A DNA stretch of 32,000 nt from Pseudomonas aeruginosa (lineage in GTDB: Bacteria; Pseudomonadota; Gammaproteobacteria; Pseudomonadales; Pseudomonadaceae). Below, one piece after another: positions 1 through 7,925 of this stretch (position 1 is its first letter; each line of letters begins with the position of its first letter). The translations under genes and the position numbers were made by a program. Where the stretch lies: contig NZ_LN831024.1 in the NCBI RefSeq assembly GCF_001457615.1, positions 4,110,001 through 4,142,000 on the forward strand, in the 5' to 3' direction. The notes beneath the pieces were generated by a model. The model did no database searches, was not told where the DNA came from, and saw only the letters and a program-made list of their open reading frames with translations.

Positions 1-45
1 GTGACGGACGCAATGCTCGACGGATCGCCAGGCGTGCTAGCATGA

Positions 46-62
46 ACATACCGACGGTATGT
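46..62. promoter_or_regulatory. 17-bp perfect palindrome ACATACCG-A-CGGTATGT, candidate TetR operator
   Basis: Read directly: the arms ACATACCG and CGGTATGT flank a central A. The palindrome ends 14 nt upstream of the ATG at 77 of a TetR-family gene. TetR repressors commonly autoregulate through such sites. Confidence 0.45.
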
Positions 63-76
63 AAGAAGGCAACAGT

Positions 77-670
77 ATGAATGTCAAGAGCAGGCAGCAG
101 GAAAATGCCGAGGCGACCCGCGAGGCACTGCTGGAAAGCGCCCTCTCCGCCTTCATCGAACATGGCTATGGCGGAGTCTCCATCGACGCCATCGCCCGCG
201 AGGCGCGCGTGACCAAGGGCGCGTTCTACCACCACTTCGGCAGCAAGCAGGAACTGCTCGCCGAATGCTACGAACGCCAGGTACGGACGATCGCCGAGGA
301 CCTGGACAGGGTGCCGGCGCATGTCGACAAGTGGGCGGAGGCCGCCGCACTGGCCGAGGCCTTCATCGACAGCGTGATGGCGCGCGGCAAGCGGCAACTG
401 TCGCTGCAGGAGGTGATCACGGTCGTCGGCTGGGAGCGATGGAAACGCATCGACTCGCGCCACACGCTGCGCTACGTCGGGCGCCTGGTGGACGAACTGG
501 CGGCCAGTGGCGAACTCAAGGACTACCGCCGGGAAACCCTGGTCGGCCAGCTCTACGGCTTCCTTACCCAGGCCGCGATGAGTCTTCGCGATGCACGCAA
601 CAAGCGGCAAGCGGCCAATGAAGTGAAAGCCATCATCCGCGACTTCCTCTACAGCCTGCGCAGGGGCTGA
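77..670 (+). CDS. TetR/AcrR-family transcriptional regulator
   Basis: 197-aa ORF with an N-terminal TetR-type HTH (GYGGVSIDAIAREARVTKGAFYHHFGSKQELL). G/C-rich third codon positions. Confidence 0.9.
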   Translation: MNVKSRQQENAEATREALLESALSAFIEHGYGGVSIDAIAREARVTKGAFYHHFGSKQELLAECYERQVRTIAEDLDRVPAHVDKWAEAAALAEAFIDSVMARGKRQLSLQEVITVVGWERWKRIDSRHTLRYVGRLVDELAASGELKDYRRETLVGQLYGFLTQAAMSLRDARNKRQAANEVKAIIRDFLYSLRRG

Positions 671-891
671 GAATGCCGCCCAGCACAAGCGAAGCAAGGA
701 CGCGCCGGTTTAATTTCCAGCGGGCATATCAGCTGTTCTCTAAAGCTGGAAACAATTTAAAAACAGTCCTTTACAGCTGACTTGTTTCACTACACTTCAA
801 ATCAAGCGGCTAAGTCCGCTATCGGCGGGGCCATCGGAATAGAAGCTGCCAAACTGCCCGGCCCCGCCGATCCACCTTGCGCGAGGCCGTC

Positions 892-1371
892 ATGGGTATT
901 TCCGCCAACGATCTTTGCCAGCACGTGATACGCCCGACCCTGGACTACCTGTCCTGCCACAGCCCCGCCGCCGAAGCGCTGCTGCTGGGCGCGGCGGCCT
1001 GCCAGTCGGCGCTGGGGAGCGCCCTCGACGACCGCCGTGGCCACGGCCTGTACCGGATCGCCAGCGAACGCCACCAGCAGCTCTGGGACCAATACCTGGC
1101 GCTGGACCCGGAGCGCGCCAGCCGGGTCCGCGGCCTGGCCAGCCAGCATGCCTTCCTCGCCGCGCCGCACCTGGAACTGACGGTGAACCTGCGCTACAGC
1201 ACGGCCATCGCCTGGTCGCTGGTGGAAGCCGCGCGACTGCCACTGCCCGACCAGCACGACCACCTCGCCCAGGCTCGCGTGTGGCGCCAGGTATTCCAGC
1301 CGCACGGTCGCCTGCACGAGTTCATCGACGCCTGGCAACGCTGCATCGGCAGCCTCAGCCAGGTCGCCTGA
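892..1371 (+). CDS. conserved hypothetical protein (function unknown)
   Basis: ORF 877..1371. I prefer the ATG at 892 (MGISANDLCQHVIRPTL...) because GAGG lies 5 nt upstream, while the track start at 877 is TTG. Strong G/C third-position bias supports coding. I recognise no catalytic motif. Confidence 0.6.
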   Translation: MGISANDLCQHVIRPTLDYLSCHSPAAEALLLGAAACQSALGSALDDRRGHGLYRIASERHQQLWDQYLALDPERASRVRGLASQHAFLAAPHLELTVNLRYSTAIAWSLVEAARLPLPDQHDHLAQARVWRQVFQPHGRLHEFIDAWQRCIGSLSQVA

Positions 1372-1576
1372 CGGCGAATGGAAAAATCCCGCGTCCGAAA
1401 CAGACCAACCGGTCAGAAAATTTTTTACATACAGACACGAACGGTTGCGCTACCTTCGCTTCACTGGCACCGGAGCCAACCGCTCTGTTCCGCACCCTGC
1501 GGAACTTCGGAACACTGGCGCCGGTCTGGGAATCTTGGTAGTTTGCGCGCCGTTATACACAGGAGTTGCTCCAACA

Positions 1577-2851
1577 ATGAAAACAATATGGTTTAAAACC
1601 TCTCTCGCACTGACCATTAGCGCTGTCTCCACCTACACCCTCGCCAACGGCATCGCCATCAACGAACAGAGCGCCAGCGGCGCCGGCACCGCCTACGCCG
1701 GCCGCGCCTCGTCCGCGCTCGATGCCAGCACCATCTACGGCAACCCGGCCGGCCTGTCCAAGCTGAAACGCACCGAAGTCAGCGGCGGTCTGGCCATCGT
1801 CAAGGCCAAGGACGACATCAGCCAGGCCCACAGCACCGCCCAGGGCAGCAACAAGGGCGACTCGGTACCGCTGGCCGCCGTACCGTTCGGCTACTTCTCC
1901 ACGCCGATCAACGAAGATTTCACTTTCGGCCTGGGCATCTACGTGCCCTACGGCATCATCAACGATTACGAAAACGGCTTCATGGGCAGCTCCCACGGCT
2001 CCTATAGCAAGGTGCAGGTGATCACCGTGCAGCCGACCATCGCCTGGAAGATCAACGACAAGGTTTCCGTCGGCTTCGGTCCGACCTTCAACCGCATCGA
2101 CGGCCAGTTGAAGAACACCCTGGCCACCAATGGCCTGCTCGGCAGCAACGGCGATACCAAGATCAACATCAAGGGCGACGACACCGCCATCGGCTACAAC
2201 GTCGGCGTGATGGTCGACCTGACCGACGACACCACCTGGGGCCTGACCTACCACTCCAAGGTCAAGTACCACCTGGGCGGCAACACCGAAGTGAAGAACG
2301 CTCCGGGTGCCCTGGGCCTGAACGGCAAGTACGATGCCAAGCTGGACATCACCCTGCCGGAATCGGTGGATACCTCCATCACCCACAAGTTCGACGACAA
2401 GTGGACGGGCTACCTGGGCGCCGTCTGGACCCGCTGGAGCCGCCTGGAGAAGATCGAGGTGCGCAACAGCGGCGTACCGGCGCTCGGCCAGGCCCTGGGC
2501 TTCAACACCATCGGCGAAGACCTGAACTGGCGCGACACCTGGTCCTTCTCGGTAGGTACCTCCTACCAGGCCACCCCGGAGTGGGTGCTGCGCACCGGCT
2601 TTGCCTACGAGCCGTCGCCGACCTCCAACGAGGACCGCAACGTGCGCATCCCGGTGGGCGACCGCAAGGTCTTCACCGTCGGTGCCGGCTGGTCGCCGAA
2701 CCAGGACCTGACCGTCGACGTGGCCTACGCCTACCTGTGGGAAACCACCGCCGGCGTCAACCAGGAAGGCAGCGCCCTGCAGCCGGCCTACAGCGCCAAG
2801 TACGACAACAGCGCGCATGGCCTGACCGCCCAGGTCACCTATCGTTTCTGA
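1577..2851 (+). CDS. FadL/TodX-family outer-membrane long-chain fatty acid/hydrophobic compound channel
   Basis: Internal ATG at 1577 preceded by AGGAG (1561-1565). Signal peptide MKTIWFKTSLALTISAVSTYTLA. FadL-type N-terminal hatch sequence NEQSASGAGTAYAGRA. Beta-barrel-like alternating pattern ending in a C-terminal aromatic (..QVTYRF). From memory this may correspond to P. aeruginosa PA1288 (ExFadLO); unverified. Confidence 0.85.
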   Translation: MKTIWFKTSLALTISAVSTYTLANGIAINEQSASGAGTAYAGRASSALDASTIYGNPAGLSKLKRTEVSGGLAIVKAKDDISQAHSTAQGSNKGDSVPLAAVPFGYFSTPINEDFTFGLGIYVPYGIINDYENGFMGSSHGSYSKVQVITVQPTIAWKINDKVSVGFGPTFNRIDGQLKNTLATNGLLGSNGDTKINIKGDDTAIGYNVGVMVDLTDDTTWGLTYHSKVKYHLGGNTEVKNAPGALGLNGKYDAKLDITLPESVDTSITHKFDDKWTGYLGAVWTRWSRLEKIEVRNSGVPALGQALGFNTIGEDLNWRDTWSFSVGTSYQATPEWVLRTGFAYEPSPTSNEDRNVRIPVGDRKVFTVGAGWSPNQDLTVDVAYAYLWETTAGVNQEGSALQPAYSAKYDNSAHGLTAQVTYRF

Positions 2852-2869
2852 TCGCACGCGCCAACGAAG

Positions 2870-2894
2870 AAGCCGGGCAATGCCCGGCTTTTTC
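2870..2894. terminator. bidirectional rho-independent terminator between convergent fadL-like and gpx genes
   Basis: AAGCCGGGC-AAT-GCCCGGCTT stem-loop followed by TTTTT on the plus strand. The complementary strand gives the same stem followed by CUUCUUCGUU. It lies 19 nt after the stop at 2851 and 16 nt after the stop at 2910. Confidence 0.8.
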
Positions 2895-2909
2895 ATGCCT
2901 GGCCGACCC

Positions 2910-3464
2910 TCAGGGCTGGCTGGCGATGGCCTTCTCGATGGCGGCCTGGAGCTGCGGATCGTCCGGGGTGGTCTTGCTGGAGAACTGCGCGACCACCCTG
3001 CCCTGGCGATCCACCACGTACTTGTAGAAATTCCAGCGCGGCGCCTGGCCGCTCTGCTCGGCCAACTGGCGGAACAGCGGGATCGCCTCGTCGCCGCGCA
3101 CGTGCTGCGGCTGGGTCATGGCGAAGGTCACGCCGTAGTTGCCATAGCAGATCTTCGCGGTCTCGGCGGTATCCGCGGCTTCCTGCTTGAAGTCGTCGGA
3201 AGGTACCCCGAGCACTTCCAGGCCCTGCCCCTTGTAACGCTGGTAGAGCGCCTCGAGCCCCTTGAACTGCGGGGTGAAGCCACAGTGGCTGGCAGTGTTG
3301 ACCACCACCAGCGGCTTGCCGGCGTAACGCTGGCAAAGATCGATGCTTTCCTTGGAACGCAGCTTGGTCAACTGGCCCTGCAACAGTTCCGGGCAATCGG
3401 CGGCCCAGCCGCTCAGCGGCAGCCCGGCGAGCGCCAGGACGGACAACAGCACGCGAGGTTTCAT
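2910..3464 (-). CDS. glutathione peroxidase family protein, secreted/periplasmic (Cys-type)
   Basis: Start at ATG 3464 (AAGGAG SD upstream). Signal peptide [21 protein letters not shown]. GPx motifs NTASHCGFT (peroxidatic Cys), [11 protein letters not shown] and WNFYKYVV. Confidence 0.9.
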   Translation of the reverse strand: MKPRVLLSVLALAGLPLSGWAADCPELLQGQLTKLRSKESIDLCQRYAGKPLVVVNTASHCGFTPQFKGLEALYQRYKGQGLEVLGVPSDDFKQEAADTAETAKICYGNYGVTFAMTQPQHVRGDEAIPLFRQLAEQSGQAPRWNFYKYVVDRQGRVVAQFSSKTTPDDPQLQAAIEKAIASQP

Positions 3465-3524
3465 GGAATGGCTCCTTGGCGACGAATGTCCCAGCTTACC
3501 CTTCCCCGCGCCTATCGCCACCTA

Positions 3525-3632
3525 TCAGCATGCGCCCATGCCCAGTTCCAGCAGCGCCAGTCCGCCACGCTGCCAGCCCCACCAGGCGAGTCCCAGCAGC
3601 GCCCCGGCGGCGAGCAGCCAGGCCAGCTTCAC
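3525..3632 (-). CDS. possible 35-aa small membrane peptide (VKLAWLLAAGALLGLAWWGWQRGGLALLELGMGAC)
   Basis: The GTG start overlaps the TGA stop of the upstream MFS gene (GTGA). GGAGG lies 6 nt upstream of the GTG. There is one hydrophobic Trp-flanked helix. About 30 of 36 third codon positions are G/C. No family is recognised. Confidence 0.3.
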   Translation of the reverse strand: MKLAWLLAAGALLGLAWWGWQRGGLALLELGMGAC

Positions 3633-4828
3633 GCCGCGCCTCCGGCCACCTGCAGGCGCGCCACCGGACGCTCGCGCACCGGCCAGTTGAGCAGCGCCGC
3701 GAGCAGGCTTAGCAGGATCGACAACTGCCAGACCAGGTCGTAGCTGCCGGTGCGGTCGTAGACCACCCCGCCCAGCCAGCCGCCGAGGAAGGCGCCCAAC
3801 TGGTGGAAGAGGAACACGATGCCGCCGAGCATCGACAGGTTGCGCACGCCGAACAGGGTCGCCACGGTGCCGTTGGTCAGGGGCACCGTGGACAGCCACA
3901 GCAGCCCCATGGCCACGCCGAAGGCGTAGGCGCTGTAGACGCTCAGCGGCAGCCAGAGGAACAGCACGATCACTACCCCGCGCACCAGGTACAGCGCGGT
4001 CAGCAGGCGCGGCTTCGACCAGCGCCCGCCGAGCCAGCCGGCGATGTAGGTGCCGAACACGTTGAACAGCCCGACCAGCGCCAGCACCGTGGTGCCGACC
4101 TGCGCCGGCAGGTGCTGGTCGACCAGGTAGGCCGGCAGGTGTACGCCGATGAACACCACCTGGAAGCCGCAGACGAAGAAGCCCAGCGCCAGCAGCCAGA
4201 ACCCGGAATGCGCGCAGGCCTCGCGCAGCGCTTCGCCGAGGCTCTGTTCATGGCCCTGCGGCGGCAACGGGCGATCCTTCATCAGCCCGGCCAGCGGCAC
4301 GATCAGCGCCACCAGCAGGCCCAGGGCGAGCAGGGCCGAGGACCAGCCCAGCCAGCCGATCAGGGCGAGGGTACCGGGCAGCATGGCGAACTGGCCGAAG
4401 GAGCCGGCCGCGCTGGAGATACCCATCGCCATGCTGCGCTGCTCCGCCGGCACTGCGCGGCCGACGGCGCCGAGGATCACCGAGAACGAGGTGCCGGAAA
4501 GGCCCAGGCCGATCAGCAGGCCGGCGCTCAGCGACAGCCCGGTGGCCGACTGCGAGAGTCCCATCAGGACCAGGCCGAGGGCGTACAGCAGGCCCCCCAC
4601 CAGCACCGCCCGCGCCGCGCCGTAGCGGTCGGCGAGCGCCCCGGTGAACGGCTGGGCCAGGCCCCAGACCAGGTTCTGCAAGGCGATGGCGAAGGCGAAG
4701 ACTTCGCGGCCCCAGCCGAAGTCGGCGCTCATCGGCGCGAGGAACAGGCCGAAGCCATGTCGCACGCCGAGGGACAGGGCGAGGATCAGGGCTCCGGACA
4801 GCAGGATCCAGAAGGCGGCACGCGGCAT
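3629..4828 (-). CDS. MFS transporter (12-TMS type, substrate unknown)
   Basis: Hydrophobic multi-TM protein with MFS motif-A-like FTGALADRYGAARAV. I prefer the ATG at 4828 because GGAG lies 7 nt upstream (ATGGAGCGACCCATG). An alternative start is at 4840. Confidence 0.85.
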   Translation of the reverse strand: MPRAAFWILLSGALILALSLGVRHGFGLFLAPMSADFGWGREVFAFAIALQNLVWGLAQPFTGALADRYGAARAVLVGGLLYALGLVLMGLSQSATGLSLSAGLLIGLGLSGTSFSVILGAVGRAVPAEQRSMAMGISSAAGSFGQFAMLPGTLALIGWLGWSSALLALGLLVALIVPLAGLMKDRPLPPQGHEQSLGEALREACAHSGFWLLALGFFVCGFQVVFIGVHLPAYLVDQHLPAQVGTTVLALVGLFNVFGTYIAGWLGGRWSKPRLLTALYLVRGVVIVLFLWLPLSVYSAYAFGVAMGLLWLSTVPLTNGTVATLFGVRNLSMLGGIVFLFHQLGAFLGGWLGGVVYDRTGSYDLVWQLSILLSLLAALLNWPVRERPVARLQVAGGAA

Positions 4829-4843
4829 GGGTCGCTCCATCTA

Positions 4844-4857
4844 CGGGTATATACCCG
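4844..4857. promoter_or_regulatory. 14-bp perfect palindrome CGGGTATATACCCG, candidate MarR operator / -10 element
   Basis: Read directly, immediately upstream of the MFS gene start. A 13/14 identical copy occurs at 5321..5334 upstream of the MarR gene. Confidence 0.5.
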
Positions 4858-4901
4858 CTTTATCGTGAACGAAGCGCCTCGGCGAGAGGCTTCGTCGGTT
4901 G

Positions 4902-5315
4902 TCAGTCCAGTCGCTCCAGTTCCACCAGCAACGCCGCCAAGGCGCCGCTGCGCTCCTCGCCAAGGCGCCCGGCGAGACGCCGCTGCGCGTCTTCCCAGGC
5001 CGGCGTTCCGCGCTCCAGGGCATCCAGCCCGGCAGGCGTCAGCTCGACCAGGCGGTTGCGCTGGTCCTCGCCACCGGTCAGGCGCAGCAGGCCGTCGCCT
5101 TCCAGCACCCGCAGGTTGCGACCGAGGGTGCTGCGGTCGAGTCCCATGGCTTCGGCGAGTTCGGAAATGCTCGGCCGGTCCAGGCGCCGCAGGTGCCGCA
5201 GCAGGGAAAACTGCGCCACCTTGAGGCCGGTATCGGCCAGCGCCTCGTCGTAGAAGCGGGAAACGCTGCGGGCGGCGCGACGCAGTTTGGTACAGAGGCA
5301 TTGGGTCGGTAGCAT
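4902..5315 (-). CDS. MarR-family transcriptional regulator
   Basis: Internal ATG at 5315 (MLPTQCLCTKLRRAARSV...) gives a typical 137-aa MarR. Winged helix VAQFSLLRHLRRLDRPSISELAEAMGLDRSTLGRNLRVLEGDGLL. The longer track ORF (to 5483) adds a non-MarR-like N-terminus that overlaps the divergent gene start. Confidence 0.85.
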   Translation of the reverse strand: MLPTQCLCTKLRRAARSVSRFYDEALADTGLKVAQFSLLRHLRRLDRPSISELAEAMGLDRSTLGRNLRVLEGDGLLRLTGGEDQRNRLVELTPAGLDALERGTPAWEDAQRRLAGRLGEERSGALAALLVELERLD

Positions 5316-5320
5316 GGATG

Positions 5321-5334
5321 CGTGTATATACCCG
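5321..5334. promoter_or_regulatory. second copy (13/14) of the GGGTATATACCC palindrome: CGTGTATATACCCG
   Basis: Read directly. It lies 5 nt upstream of the marR ATG, in the divergent region shared with the acyl-CoA dehydrogenase gene. Confidence 0.5.
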
Positions 5335-5481
5335 TACTTCTCGACGGTCAAGCGGATTGTCCGAACTGCCAACGCCGTCTGTTGCCCCTGCCAAGGCCGG
5401 ACGCCGGGCGCTGGCCTATAACTCGCGCTGTCAGCGGCGACCGGGAGCACCCGGCGCCCTCCATCCATCGCCGAGGTAGCC

Positions 5482-7302
5482 ATGCCCGTTTACAAAGCCC
5501 CGCTGCGCGACACGCGCTTCCTGCTCAACGAAGTCTTCGATTTCCCCGAGCATTACCGCAACCTGGTCAACGGAGCCGAAGCCACGCCGGACATGGTCGA
5601 TGCGATCCTCGGCGAATGCGCGAAGCTCTGCGAGGAAGTGATCGCCCCGCTCTACCACAGCGGCGACGAGGAAGGCTGCCACCTGGAGAACGGCGAAGTA
5701 CGGACGCCGAAGGGCTACAAGGAAGCCTACGAGGCCTATGTCGCCGGCGGCTGGCAGGGCCTCTCGCACCCGGTGGAGTACGGTGGCCAGGGCCTGCCGA
5801 TGAGCCTCGGCGCGCTCAAGCAGGAGATGATGGGCACCGCCAACTGGCCGTTCTCCATGTATCCCGGCCTCTCCCTCGGCGCGATGAACACCCTGATGCA
5901 GCACGGCACCGAGGAACAGAAGCAGACCTACCTGGTTCCGCTCACCGAGGGCCGCTGGGGCGGCACCATGTGCCTCACCGAGCCGCAGTGCGGCACCGAT
6001 CTCGGCCAGGTGAAGACCCGCGCCGAGGCCAACCCCGACGGTAGCTACGCCATCAGCGGGACGAAGATCTTCATCTCTTCCGGCGAACACGACCTGACCG
6101 AGAACATCGTCCACATCGTCCTCGCCCGCCTGCCGGACGCACCGAAGGGCACCCGCGGCATTTCCCTGTTCATCGTGCCCAAGTTCCTTCCCGGCGAAGG
6201 AGGCGCGCTCGGCCCGCGCAACGGCGTGAGTTGCGGCGCGCTGGAGAAGAAGATGGGGATCAAGGCCTCGGCCACCTGCGTGATGAACTTCGACGGCGCC
6301 ACCGGCTTCCTCATCGGACCGCCGAACAAGGGCCTGGAATGCATGTTCACCTTCATGAACAGCGCCCGCATCGGCACCGCCATCCAGGGCGTGGCCACCG
6401 CCGAGCTGGCCTACCAGGGCGCCCTCGCCTACGCCCGCGAACGCCGCTCCATGCGCGCGCTCTCCGGGACCAAGGAACCCGACCAGGTCGCCGACAGCCT
6501 GATGCACCACGGCGACGTGCGGCGCATGCTGCTGACCCAGAAGGCCATCGCCGAAGGTGGCCGGGCGCTGGTCTACCTGGCCACCCAGTACGCCGACCGG
6601 ATGATCCAGGGCATCCTCAGCAACGACGACGCCGAGTACGAACGCTGGGACGACAAGCTCGGCTTCCTCACGCCGATCCTCAAGGGCTGCCTGACCGAAC
6701 TCGGCCTGGAAAGCGCCAACCTCGGCATGCAGGTGTTCGGCGGCCACGGCTATATCCGCGAACACGGCATGGAGCAGATCGTCCGCGACGCGCGGATCGC
6801 CACCCTCTACGAAGGCACCACCGGCATCCAGGCCCTCGATCTGCTCGGCCGCAAGGTCCTGCTGATGACCCAGGGCAAGGCCGTGCGCGACTTCACCAGG
6901 GGCGTGGCCCGGTTCGCCGTCGACCTGCTGAAGAACGAGCCGCGCATGCGCGGCCGCGCCCTGGTGCTGCTCAAGCTCTGCGCCCAATGGAACCTGCTGA
7001 CCCTGCGCATTGCCCTCAGCGCGCGCAAGCAACGCGATCTGGTGAGCACCGCCAGCCACGACTACCTGATGTTCTCCGGCTACGCCACGCTGGCCTATTC
7101 CTGGGCCCTCCAGGAAGCCGCTGCGCGCCGGCGACTGCGCCAGGGCGGCAGCGAGTCGGCGGACTTCTACAAGGCCAAGATCGCCACCAGCGAGTTCTAC
7201 TTCGCCCGCCTGCTTCCGCGCGCCAAGGGCCACGCGGCGGCGATGGCGAAGCCGACCGGTTCGATCATGGACCTGAAGAGCGAGCACTTCGCCTTCGACT
7301 GA
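5482..7302 (+). CDS. acyl-CoA dehydrogenase, long (~600 aa) form with C-terminal extension
   Basis: 606-aa ORF with GAGG SD 6 nt upstream. ACAD hallmarks include GGTMCLTEPQCGTDLG and the catalytic-base region ATLYEGTTGIQALDLLGRKV. Confidence 0.9.
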   Translation: MPVYKAPLRDTRFLLNEVFDFPEHYRNLVNGAEATPDMVDAILGECAKLCEEVIAPLYHSGDEEGCHLENGEVRTPKGYKEAYEAYVAGGWQGLSHPVEYGGQGLPMSLGALKQEMMGTANWPFSMYPGLSLGAMNTLMQHGTEEQKQTYLVPLTEGRWGGTMCLTEPQCGTDLGQVKTRAEANPDGSYAISGTKIFISSGEHDLTENIVHIVLARLPDAPKGTRGISLFIVPKFLPGEGGALGPRNGVSCGALEKKMGIKASATCVMNFDGATGFLIGPPNKGLECMFTFMNSARIGTAIQGVATAELAYQGALAYARERRSMRALSGTKEPDQVADSLMHHGDVRRMLLTQKAIAEGGRALVYLATQYADRMIQGILSNDDAEYERWDDKLGFLTPILKGCLTELGLESANLGMQVFGGHGYIREHGMEQIVRDARIATLYEGTTGIQALDLLGRKVLLMTQGKAVRDFTRGVARFAVDLLKNEPRMRGRALVLLKLCAQWNLLTLRIALSARKQRDLVSTASHDYLMFSGYATLAYSWALQEAAARRRLRQGGSESADFYKAKIATSEFYFARLLPRAKGHAAAMAKPTGSIMDLKSEHFAFD

Positions 7303-7318
7303 GGCGACCACCCGCAGC

Positions 7319-7349
7319 GCGCCAGCGGAGCCTCAGTCTCCGCTGGCGC
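7319..7349. other. 12-bp-stem hairpin GCGCCAGCGGAG-N7-CTCCGCTGGCGC between convergent genes
   Basis: Read directly. The loop contains the TGA (7333-7335, minus strand) of the TetR gene. No U-tract on either strand, so terminator function is uncertain. Confidence 0.3.
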
Positions 7350-7893
7350 CAGCCGCCGTCAGCAACAACGCACGAACGTCGTCGAGCATCGAGTCCCATT
7401 CCTCCTGGCCAATGTCCATCAGGCGGAAGTAGCGCAACATGAAGGCGCCCTCCACCGCCAGGAACGCCAGGCGCGCACGGCGCCCCTCGGGTGCGGACAG
7501 GTCCAGGCCTTCCAACCGGCTGCGATACCACTGGTTGCTGCCCTCCAGGTGCTCGGGCGTCTGGATCAGCGCCGCCATCAGCGCCGCCGCCTTGCTGCTG
7601 GACAACTCGTCCGAACGCTGGGTCGCCTCGGCATGCGCGCGAACCCGCGTCAGCGGCGTCGGCTGCTTCCCCGCCACCGCTTCGAACAGGCTGTCGTAGG
7701 CCTTGCCCCAGCGCTCGAAGATCGCGTCGATCAGCGCGTCCTTGGTACCGAAGCAGTACTGCACGCCGCCCTTGGTGATGCCCATTTCCTTCGCCACCGC
7801 ATCGATGGTCAGGCCGGCCGCGCCCTCGCGGGCGATCACCGCCTCGGCGGCATCGAGCAACTGGTCGCGGTCGATCGTTCGTCGGCGTCCCAT
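7333..7893 (-). CDS. TetR/AcrR-family transcriptional regulator
   Basis: 186-aa ORF with HTH LTIDAVAKEMGITKGGVQYCFGTKDALI and AGAGG SD. Divergent from an MFS efflux gene. Confidence 0.9.
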   Translation of the reverse strand: MGRRRTIDRDQLLDAAEAVIAREGAAGLTIDAVAKEMGITKGGVQYCFGTKDALIDAIFERWGKAYDSLFEAVAGKQPTPLTRVRAHAEATQRSDELSSSKAAALMAALIQTPEHLEGSNQWYRSRLEGLDLSAPEGRRARLAFLAVEGAFMLRYFRLMDIGQEEWDSMLDDVRALLLTAAGASGD

Positions 7894-7915
7894 GGCTACC
7901 TCTTGAGTTTAAATC

Positions 7916-7925
7916 CATACGTATG
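7916..7925. promoter_or_regulatory. 10-bp perfect palindrome CATACGTATG in an AT-rich divergent promoter region, candidate TetR operator
   Basis: Read directly within TTTAAATCCATACGTATGTATTTATATTTTC, between the TetR gene (start 7893) and the MFS gene (start 8012). Confidence 0.4.

Noticed and set aside
1465-1479. Possible sigma-54 promoter (TGGCAC) upstream of the FadL-family gene
   Set aside because: TGGCAC is followed by CGGAG-CCAA rather than N5-TTGC, so the -12 element is absent.
2910-3464. Possible selenocysteine-containing glutathione peroxidase
   Set aside because: The peroxidatic position is an ordinary Cys codon in an uninterrupted ORF (NTASHCGFT). There is no in-frame TGA and no SECIS-like requirement.
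5431-7311. 626-aa minus-strand ORF covering the acyl-CoA dehydrogenase locus
   Set aside because: It is an antisense shadow of a gene with clear ACAD motifs, and it has no motifs of its own. It is a high-GC artefact.
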